A DNA stretch of 64,000 nucleotides from Balanoglossus misakiensis (lineage: Eukaryota > Animalia > Hemichordata). A program made the translations under genes and the position numbers. Under the pieces are notes generated by a model that worked only from the letters and a program-made list of their open reading frames with translations, was not told the DNA's origin and ran no database searches. The stretch covers positions 7,646,343 through 7,710,342 of the forward strand of contig CM082597.2 of NCBI GenBank assembly GCA_040954595.2, written 5' to 3'. Shown in pieces: positions 53,702 to 64,000 of this stretch; position 1 is the first letter of the stretch; every line of letters starts with the position of its first letter.

Positions 53702-54299
53702 AGCAGCATTGGGCGTTTCTTCATCTTGATTATTAAATTTTAGGCCTATTTTCTAATTACGAATCCTTCGTCTGACAAATGGCCATTTTGTGGCCATTTT
53801 AAATTTCCTTCCGACGAACTTCATTTCAAACAAAGCACTATTTCCGTTTTCCCAATTTACCAAAAATCTCGTTATCCTAATGAGGGGGGGGGGGGCTGAT
53901 AGTATCAATCTTTTGCCTAGGAATGCATGAAATTGTGAAATGTGTTTTGCGAGCAACTTCTTACCATGGATCATACAATAATTTTTTAGAGAGGACCGAG
54001 AAGATGGGAGGGTGAACATGCGTACTTGAATAATATAGCATGCATAGCATAATGACCTAACCCCTTCTTTATCCTGAACCTTTACCCTACCCTCGTCCGT
54101 ATTTTTGTCACTGTTTGTATTTCACAAATTTGATGAAATAAACTCTGTCAATCAATGCAGTTATCGTTTAAACCTCAGCTAATTTGCAGCGCGGCAGGTT
54201 TGGTAATTTTGTCAACGCAAAAGTGTATACAGCTACAGACACACATATTCTGCACTGGTTCAATATTTAGTTTATTAAACAATAATTGACGTTACAACG

Positions 54300-54918
54300 T
54301 GAAATATTAATTTGAAAAAAAAAAATCAGTGAGAAGGTAGAATAAACACAAATGCTACAATGATGAAAAACTATAAATCATAATGATCAGTACTAAAGCT
54401 ACACCCTTTGGTTGTTTTCATTGATGTAAGGGCTGTAATAATCACAATTGTTGTTTTGTAGCATACTTGAAATATTAATTTGAAAAAAATTCAGTGAGAA
54501 TGTAGAATAAACACAAATGCTACAATGATAAAAAACTATAAATCATGATGATCTGTACTATAGCTACGCACTTTGGTTGTTTCAATTGATGTTACAGCTA
54601 TAATAATCACAGCAGTTGCTTTATAGCATAGGCCCCTACATGAAAAAGGCCCCTACATGAAATATTAATTTGAAATAATTCAGTGAGAATATAGAATAAA
54701 CACAAATGCTACAATGATGAAAAACTATAAATCATGATGATCTGTACTATAGCTACGCACTTTGGTTGTTTCAATTGATGTTACAGCTATAATAATCACA
54801 GCAGTTGCTTTATAGCATAGGCCCCTACATGAAATATTATTTTGAAAAAAATCAGTGGGAATGTAGAATAAACACAAATGCTACAATGATGAATACAATA
54901 CAAATCATGATGATCAGC
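54300..54918. repeat. ~172 bp tandem repeat, about 3.5 copies, downstream of the GPCR stop codon
   Basis: TGAAATATTAATTTGAAA...TCAGTGAGAATGTAGAATAAACACAAATGCTACAATGAT starts near 54300, 54469, 54658 and 54830. Confidence 0.9.
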
Positions 54919-55165
54919 ACAGTGGATGTTTCATAAGTTACCGTTCAAGTCGTTATATTTGGACCTCTGTGTTAGCCACAAAACTATATGCAATATTTAA
55001 TTAACATGTAATTAAAGTAAAACATTTAAGTATTGAAATTGTTATGGCATTATTATCATGTATTTAAATACACAGCCAACATTTCTTACATCATCATTTC
55101 TTACATCAACATGTCTTTTTGAAATGAGAAGTAGTTCGAATCTCTTCTGACTCTGGTTACTTTGT

Positions 55166-58100
55166 TCATGGCTTTTCAACTGATGCAGGGTGATGATTAC
55201 TCTCTGCTTTCAAGCTGTCGATTAACACCTTAAACATTGATATGTCACGACTGACAATTTCAGGCACGTGGCCCGAATCATTTGTGCCGTCGCGTTTGTG
55301 TTGGCCTTCCAGGAAGGCGGAGAGTCCTGACAGCTTTAATTCTGTGCAGAGATCGCGTTGCCTTTTTTGGGTGCCATGTTCACCCGACACATTCACGGGT
55401 GCAGTTTGCTCTTCTTCGCCTTCTTTCATTCTTTGCGCGTTTCCACGTGTGTCAAGTTTGGATCCATCTGACACATTGGGCACTTCACCGACAGGTTCAG
55501 CATGTAGGTCTTCTTCGCCTTCTTTCATTCTTTGCGCGTTTCCACGTCCGTCAAGTTTGGATCCATCTGACACATCAGGCACTTCACCGACTGGTTCAGA
55601 TATCTCTGCTTCAGAATCGCCTCTTGATTCAGCGGGTATCTTGTTCAGTGTGCCGCCAGTAAGCAAGAATGCTCCGTTGAAATGTTTCTGAAAAAGTAAA
55701 AGTGACACAAGCTTGACTTCATTTCTCGATGGAAATCGCTTTTGCGTTACTCGTTTAAATATTCTACATATACTAGTTCTACCCTGGTTAGTGGCAACGC
55801 TCACTAGTACTAACATCAGTAGTACAGAAAAACAAACCAAGTGTGTCCGATTAATATTATGCACATTTCTTTCGAATTCATTATCCTATTAAGCCAATTG
55901 CATGACCCCTTACGTGCATCATACATAAGTACATATAGACGAAATTCATATGTTTTCTTCAAGGATGAATCATAATGATAACATTCAATAGCATAGGAGA
56001 CTGTTGCAGAGTTGAAGTTCAAACTTGTTAACCCATACCGAAAACGCCTGGATGTAAATGTTACTTGGGGACATGAAAGTGGCTTATTTGTCGATTGTGA
56101 GGACCATCTGTGTATGGCAACAGACCTTATAAGGTCTGATCAACACATGGTTGATGTCTACACTTCCATGCAGTAGGCCTGAGTTGTGGATGGCATTTGC
56201 AGCTCGAGTGATGTCCTCGATAATCACATCTCGGTCTGTAGCCTCCAAAGGCTTCCCTTCTGCCAAAAGTCCCCCTTTGTGGGAACCGCTGCGGGAGTGT
56301 GTGTCGATGCCAGACCACAAAATCCTCGTGCGTCTCAAGAAGTTCTTCTGTACTTCTTTGAAAGAATGTCCTTAAAGTGAAACATGGTGAGATTAGAAAT
56401 GTTAGTCCCAACTTTGTAAGATCAATATATGCTAGGGTGTAAAAGGGGCGTTCATGTAAAGATTACATTTACTTCGGAACCATGAACCAAAGCACACATA
56501 GAGTCACGTCTGCCGAATGACATAAACACCGTTTTAATTTCAACACGATTGGAACTATTTTGGGATAATTGCATATCAATAAAATGCGTACAAAACGATT
56601 AGTATTCGTTGTACATGGGGAGAATGTGGTATTTCTGTCATTGTTTCACCAAAACAAAACAAAATGATAATATGTCGAGTGTGTAGGCTACATGTACTGT
56701 GCTGACAGTTTTACAGAGTTATTACCATGCAATTATCCCCAAATAGTTCCAATGGTGTTTTGCTTGATTTGACTGTCCCCGAATCAACAATATGGGCTTT
56801 CAACGGTAACATGGCACCATCTGAATTGTTTGTAATGTTTAATTAGTAGAAGCATGACAGTACGAAATCAAAAATCAAACTGAGAAGAAAATGCAGCTTG
56901 CCTAGTTCTTCCTTTGTTTCTTCACAATTTTTCTCAAATGGATTTACCCGGCCAACAACCAATGGATAGAGTAAAGGGTTTGTGACAGAAGTTAAAGGCA
57001 ACACGACAACTGCTATCCACGGATAAACTGCATTTGGTATCTGCACCCCAGCCAGACCGACAAAACTCATGACAATGATGGGTATCCATGACAACATGTT
57101 TGTGCTGACAATCATGATAACTTTAGTGACCAACTTGTAAGTGTTATGTTGCTTCCTGTTTAATGTGCCTGCCATGTCGGGGCGACGTTTAGATCGCCTG
57201 ACAATGACGTAGTAACAACACGTGATCAGGACAACATAAGACAAGTTCAGGGCAGAAAACAGTGCGAAAGAAAACTCCCACCCCACGTGACGATCATGGC
57301 TGATAAACACAGGCAGGCAGACACTAATTTGGCCATAGAAAGGCCCCTCGAAATAATCGACTGGGAGGAACGGCAACAGAATGAAGAGCAAGTTACAAGA
57401 AACACCAACTGTAACAAGTATGATAGAATGTTTAAGCGTGAAGCGAACCAGCTTCATCGGAAATGAAATGGTGACGCAGCGAAGAACTGTCATGGCCGCC
57501 ACTACGAAAATAGATGTCTGTCTCGACAGGGTTGCCAAAATACCGATGATAGTGCAGAACACACTCTGTCGCCAGATGTCATCATGAGTTATGTAGTCGT
57601 GTAAGTAAAATGCATCAGCGCTGGCGACAATGATCAAATAAACCCCCATGAGGAAATCCGTGATAGACAAAACGAGGATGAATAGCGTGTCAGCCTTCAT
57701 TGATCGCAGATTTCCATCTTTCATTCTCAGTACAACACGTCGAAGATTTAAACTGAACGCCGTTAACCCGACGACCCAGGCAATGATTCTGGGAGGCCAG
57801 CTATGCAACAGGTCTTCACAGGATGACAAGGCGGATTTTTCAGGTAGGCATTCTGCTAAGCTACCAACGTCACCTTCGGCAATACAGCACAGTGCGTACA
57901 CATCACCATGTCTAGATATCAAACGAGATGTCATGCATGTTAGTACTTGCACGCTTCAGTCTACTACACGTTTAATGTCAAGCAATGTTTACGGTAGATA
58001 AACAGAATATAAATCAATAGACTCTGACGTTGACACATAAAACTCAGTCTTTTCTGTTCTGTTCTCAGATAGGCCTAATCTCGGTGAGCCAAAGTCTCTG

Positions 58101-61100
58101 CTTTGGGCCCTACACTTGCGCTGGTACAATAGCGTCTGTGGCTGCTAACAATCGCCGAGGTCAGAAATAATTTCACCCAGTAAGAAGCTGATGTTTCTCC
58201 TCCAGAAAATTCCACAGGCTCTCTTTTCCAGGGTGAAGTCTCCGAGCACCCTATCCCTGTCAGCAGACCCGGGGTGCAGACAATCTTCAAGATGGCTGCT
58301 TAAGGAAAACCTCGGTCCTGATTGGCTAGGGCTATTTATGACCTCAAACATGACCCCTACATGCACATGTTGCATATCGTGTTCCAATAATTTGACCAAT
58401 CACACGGCATTGTACATATGAGACATGTAACCACAGTCATGAAGATGCAAAAAGGTAGTCTATACATGTATCAGGTACTTACAAAATTCTGAGATTTGAA
58501 AGTGTCTTGAAAACATTCTTTGTGAAGAACTTTATTCTGTTGTTTCGTATGTCACTGGAGGTAAAAGACAACAAGTGTTCGTGTCAAATAAGCCCGCACA
58601 TGTTCAGGTCTTACTCATTGTGATTATTAATTGTTAAGGATATTAAATTAATCATTGGTTTACACTTACAGGAGCTGAAGACGAGTAAGGCCATTGAATA
58701 CTTTATCTCCAAGTGTTTCTATGACATTATTCGGCAAATACCTGTGAAGAATTCCAAACCACAACATTAGCGCTGGAGTAAACATGGCACGCAGTGTTAT
58801 AGTTAAATAAAGGTGGTGTGGGTCAAGCGCAAAGCATCATGGGGGTTCCAACGTGAGTAACCGTTCATTTGACTTCCGACTCGCCTCGAGTACACACGTT
58901 CGCAGCGTCTGGACGATCACTTTCTTTGAACCTTTTACGTAGGATATTTTCGATTTTAGTGACACCGGACATTTAGTTGTGCACAGATTGGTACCAAGTT
59001 CGTTCTCTGGTTTGTTTTGGTGTTCTGCGCACGACTTTTGCGCGTAACAAACTGTCGTTCAATGGCTTCCTCCACGATCAGTCAACTCCCGCAGCTATGG
59101 CTTCAAAGCGACACATAGGCTTAACACCTGTTCAACTGGACGACATTTTACTGCAAACGGACAGTAAATACACCAAAATCGCAACCAACAGTGCAGTATC
59201 CTCAAAATTATATTAGTTCGAAGTAGGTATACAGACCTACAGTTTTAGGGAGATCACGACATTTTAGTTGACTGCAACGTACGACTTTCTTCTATGTCGT
59301 ATATATGTTCAAATGTTCGGTGTAATAAAATTAATAACACATAATGCTCGGGCAACATTATACAAATATTGACTGGCCACTGAGGGCAACAGCATACGTC
59401 TGTAACCCAAGGGAGTGTGGTGTCACCTCGCAAAACAGACTGTTTCCAGAGGATGAAGGCTGAGGTAAACAGTCTGTTTTGGGGGTGACTCAGAGTCCAG
59501 AGGGTTGAAAGACGTACAATGTATGCTGTTGCCCGTAACTCATCAGCAGCCATGCATAAAAAGTCTAAACATACACAAAATGAGCGGGCATCATTTTTCA
59601 GAACTGATGCATGGCGGGCAACAGCACAAAAAGACTATGTGACTATCAATTGATGGATGAGAACACAGTCTGCATATAAGGTGTGTTACAACACGATTTG
59701 AAGCCTGCCCTCGGGCTGGTGCTCTTTGACCATAATATTGATGATACCCTCATCTGAGGCTCAGGCACGATCAATATTCAGTCTTCAAATCGTGATATTG
59801 CCTTCGCCATCATGTGCTATTATTTAATTAATGCTTTGCTACCTTTTTATAACATTTCCAAGTTAATTGGATATAACATGTATTGATTGCCAGGATCACC
59901 CTGAACAGTGGAAACAATGCCTTTGGCGTGTTTATAAACAGAAAAGTCGCCTATGTGCAGTTCTGACGACCCTTCCCTTTAAACTTGATAAACAATACTT
60001 ACAGTCTCAATAGGTTTCTCTGCCGTAGGAACATGCCTGTAGGTAATTCGGCTATCTTGCACCAAGCAAAATCCCTTTGAGAATAAATTATAGTTATTTT
60101 AATGTTCTGCAGTTACGTATACTTTTGGGGGATGGGATTTTCATAATATAGAATATTAAAGGAACACGGTCACCATCAATTTACACCTATCGATAAACGG
60201 CAAAATCACGTATCTGAGTGTTCTAAAAAAAACATATGACGGCGCTCTTTTTTTTTCGCGTGTGCCACCTACTCAGATTTGTGATTGGCTAGATCTCAGT
60301 TTGCCATGGTATCCGTAGCTTAATTTCCATAGGTGACCGTATACATTTAAATGTACCGACTAGTATGTGAACATTGAAAATGCTAATACATTGATATCGT
60401 CCGTTTGCTAGATGACGTGAATGTTCGATTAATTTATTTTCACCATGGGAGTCATTACTTACAAAATTCCAACGTAACTGAGGTCATGAAACGGCACCGT
60501 TGATATTGCATGTTGTACACCACTGGCATTCCTATTTAAAAGAACATGCATATCAGTTTAGTATGCAAGATCGCCAGAAACAAAAACCGTTGTGATAAAT
60601 AGAAAACTAGCTACGTTGAAACTGGGTAAAGCTGCGAAAGGGTGCTTTTAAGGTATACAGTCACCTCCAATTTACATATGCCCATATATGGCTAAAATGG
60701 CGTATCTGAGTGTTCTAAAGAACATATGGTGGCGCTCTTTTTTCGCGTGTGCCACCCACTGAAAATCTTTGATTGGCTAGATCACAATTTGCCATGGTAA
60801 CTATAGCTAATTCTCCATAGGTGACCGTATACCTGTAATCTGCGATAGAGCTGTGTTAAGCTGCGTTAATCTGCGAAAGGCTGCGATTCTAACAAAGATG
60901 TTCCCATGCAGCCTATACTATTTTTAAGCTATAAATAAGCCACCTGGCAATGATCGAATAGACACATATTAATGTTCCGGGACCCAGGCGAACAGTGCTC
61001 TACATAAACAACTACCTCAGAAGTGAATCTGGAATGCTCAAAAATGATGACGCATTGTTCTATAAATAATCTTTGCTTGACGTTGTGTAGTCTCGGTTAC

Positions 61101-63550
61101 CCAGACGCCTTTGCTTCTTCCGATGCTCCCCAGAAAGGGGTCTGGGGAAATAACATTGAACGGTTTGTAAAACAAAATGGCCGATGTCAGGATTTTGATC
61201 ATCCGCTGATTGGTTGAGCTATCAGTATGACCCGGGTCACTGCAACTCGACCAAATTGACGACATCCAGCAAAACTTCGGCGACATCCATCGATGGAGAC
61301 CGATTGAACGCTGCAATTGATATTCCTACCTTTGACTTGTATGATATATCATACAAGGTCAAAGACGCTTCAGTTGCAGCGTTCAATCGGTCTCCATCCA
61401 TTTTGGTCGAGTTGCAGTGACCCAGGTCATACTGACAGCTCAACCAATCAGCGGATGATCAAAATCCTGACATCGGCCATTTTGTTTTACAAACCGTTCA
61501 ATGGTATTTCCCAAGACCCGTTTCTGGAGAGCATCGGAAGAAGCAAAGGCGTATGGGTAACCTAGACTAGACGTTGTGAGACGCGTCGCGAACAAATGAA
61601 TACAAAGAAACCCAAATGTCCTGCAATCGAACTCCAAACGTTCACAAAATTGACACGCCTCAATTTTCACCGTAACAAAAGCTGCACATCATAACACAAC
61701 AAGACAGTTGAACTTACAGGCTGCGCGTGTCGCGTTGAAGTGTAGACAGATGAGTGGCAGAGGTTGGCGTACATGAAACATCATACCCTGTACAGGAACA
61801 TCCGATTGGACAGTGGAAGTCTGGCGGGAAATTTAGAAAGTGGTACTATATTCTTCAATTTATTTTGCAAGTACACATCAGAAGGGTTAAGTATAAGTCC
61901 CAGAAAAAATCTCACATGGTCGACACAATTTCAAGATGGCCGATTTTTGCCATGTTTAAGGAATAGACGTTCATAAGCTAAAGTGATGATGGGTCATTCT
62001 GAAACTTTTTAACAGAAAAAATAACAAAATGTGAAAAATATTCTGTGTATCTAACTTACCACAGTACAGTTCATCATCGCCGTCTGGACATTGATAATCA
62101 CCATCACACAAATTATTAGGGCCGACACACGTATGGTTATTGTCACACTTGTATGAACCAGGCGGACAGCTGTGTTGTTCTAATATAACATCAGTACTAA
62201 ATTAGCGTTATAAGAAGTATCCCAAGATAATGTTTCAAAATGTCCATTATACATTTAAATGACAATAGAAAGCAATGTTTTCCCCGGAATATATAACCAA
62301 TGGCAAAAAAGAATTATATCATGCTACCGTCCGCGATTCTGATTGGACGAGAGCGATGGTAAAATACTGTTTTACCACTGCTGGCAGTGGTAAAACGGGC
62401 CCCTGAACTAGCATGCAGCAGGGAAAATGTGCGGTTAAACCAAAGTCATGTGGGTTTAAACCAAATAAATAACATAAAACACTTAAATTGACGGACGTTT
62501 TATTTTGGAACTGCTCTACTCTGAATATTTTGCACTTTTGTCACTTTTTGTCGCCTGCTTCATATTCAATGCTCGTAACGTCTTTTTCTGACTGTTTCGT
62601 TAAGAAAATGACACTGATATGCCACAAAATCAAATGTTTATATAATATAATAGCAATAACCCCCCGCCTCAATCGGGCGGGGGTTATTGCTTAATTCCCA
62701 CACTGAAGAACGCAATAATCTACATTCTTAAACTGTTCAGTGCAATGAGTTCGCACAATTGGTTCGCCATGTATCCATCTAAGACTTCACCCCTCCACCT
62801 GAAAAAAACCCTGGCCAGTACCTGTGGCATGATCCCTGCACTTACCACATTGCAATTCGTCTTCACCGAACTGACAATCTGCACGACCATCGCACATCCT
62901 ATGTAGCGGTACACAGTAATCATTTGGACACTTGAACGTGAACATTGGGCATGTGAAATTTTCTGAGAATACAAGAGCAATTGTGATAGTAACCAGTTGT
63001 ATATTTATAAATTCATTACTGCCTATAAATGTCTACAAATGGCATGCTGGTTATCAGCTCATTAATGAAAATGGCTACTTTGAAATTTACTCATTGACTG
63101 CGTCTAAATTCACAAAGATTCAACATGTGGTTACCGTATATACTATATTGAAAATTATGCTAACGATTAGGCATAATCTTAACATTTATTGCAGTATATC
63201 AGTAGTCATTGGCCATGAAAGTATATGTATCCAGCCACATAGCGAAGGTATGGCAAACGAGAGGGATCCTCATCACAGTGGCAAAGCTGATGATAACACG
63301 TGCTCTCTTTTGCAAATACAGGTGCCGTGATACGCTTATGTAAGCACCCTGTCATCATAATGCCACCTACAACCAAGCACGCTGGCGTAAACAGGGGAAA
63401 TGACCTTACCGCAACCTTCCAAATGGCTGACATCTTGGCAGCCAACAGTGTGACCAAGGTGATCGACGTCATTAATGCATTCATATCGCTTATCAACACA
63501 AATACCCATATGGCACCTTAGCTGATCACTCCTGCATTGACTATGTGTCT
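55166..63550 (-). CDS. GRL101-like (LGR type C2) LDLa-LRR-7TM G-protein-coupled receptor, 5' part outside the window
   Basis: Phase-consistent exons: LDLa 63550-63410 (CINDVDHLGHTVGCQDVSHLEGC, GRL101-type), 62962-62846, 62179-62060; LRRNT 61820-61718 (CPIGCSCTG); LRR exons 60531-60463, 60074-60003, 58741-58670, 58554-58483; hinge + 7TM 57911-56902 (SSCEDLL, LSITDFLMGVYL, SVCLP, NMLSWIPI, NPLLY). The tail exons 56370-56126 and 55687-55166 need a GC donor and are less certain; read-through would stop at 56843. Confidence 0.9.
60161..60835. mobile_element. Two copies of a ~190 bp TTAA-flanked Kolobok-like MITE (about 60161-60346 and 60651-60835)
   Basis: TTAAAGGAACACGGTCACC...GGTGACCGTATACATTTAA and TTAAGGTATACAGTCACC...GGTGACCGTATACCT share a core (CGTATCTGAGTGTTCTAAA, GGCGCTCTTT, TCGCGTGTGCCACC, GATTGGCTAGATC). 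They flank the 69-bp LRR exon. Confidence 0.75.
61088..61569. mobile_element. Academ (AcademH-type) palindromic non-autonomous element with 9-bp TSD
   Basis: TAGTCTCGGTTACCCAGACGCC ... GGCGTATGGGTAACCTAGACTA with ~200 bp near-perfect arms. Flanked by GACGTTGTG at 61079-61087 and 61570-61578. TAG...CTA termini with 9-10 bp TSDs fit AcademH-lineage elements. Confidence 0.8.
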
Positions 63551-64000
63551 CTAACACATACAATAGAAAAGGGTAGAGTAAGCAAAACATTGGATTGTCA
63601 ATGAGCTGTTAAGTAATGGATTTCTGTAGTATGGACATCATAATTATCATGAGCAACGTGGATTCACACAACTTCACGCCATGTCATAAGTGTATTGAAT
63701 TTGAAGGCATTTAAATATTCACGCATAAATCCTCTAACAGTTCTACTCATACGCATTCCTGTAGCAATATATACTGTTATATCCTTCAAGACTTGTACTT
63801 GTAAATAAAACTGGTAAATAAAACAGGCATTTTCCATTCTATCTCACAAATGAGACACAAGAATAACTGCCGACGGTAATACAATACGTCAGCCATTGAT
63901 CCCAGATTCCTATTTTGCTATATTTTGTTTACAATCCTTATTTAGAATAAAACCAAAACAATTAAGCGCAATCACTCGCATAATATAATAATTGTCTCGA

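Noticed and set aside
55688-55864. Signal-peptide-like start of ORF 55166-55864 as an independent secreted or neuropeptide precursor gene
   Set aside because: A good acceptor at 55688 joins in frame with the upstream GPCR exon, so the hydrophobic stretch is more simply intronic. Not fully excluded without transcripts.
58795-59830. Probable further non-autonomous repeat in a GPCR intron (similar case at 62300-62695)
   Set aside because: Short terminal palindromes are suggestive, but boundaries and family cannot be supported from this window alone.

Overview
AT-rich animal genomic DNA with spliceosomal introns and many transposons. The gene and TE content suggest a marine invertebrate deuterostome such as a hemichordate (inference). 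Most ORFs in the supplied track are spurious, so genes were rebuilt by hand from splice sites and exon phases. Contents in order: (1) a ~6.6 kb (CAT)n-based array (~100-6750) with ~25 copies of a cassette that reads on the minus strand as acceptor + 12-nt exon + donor (GMYG repeat); (2) LINE debris and a 5'-truncated, decayed DIRS-order (PAT/Ngaro-type) retrotransposon with RT, RNase H, methyltransferase-like and tyrosine recombinase regions and split direct repeats (9955-13347); (3) two TMEM192-like exons (+) separated by 16.5 kb that hold three Helentron-like copies and an antisense nested type I membrane gene with tectonin/tachylectin-like propeller repeats; (4) two tandem 13-exon genes encoding hydrophobic N-terminus + 2 C-type lectin domains + PKD1L-type GAIN/GPS domain, ending 18 aa after the GPS site with no TM region (copy A intact, copy B with a nonsense codon, lectin exons highly diverged); (5) the 3' part of a GRL101-like LDLa-LRR-7TM GPCR (-) whose predicted tail resembles a degenerate kinase fragment. 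Kolobok-, piggyBac-, Tc1/mariner- and Academ-like MITEs are scattered throughout. No database searches were run; family names rest on motif recognition.
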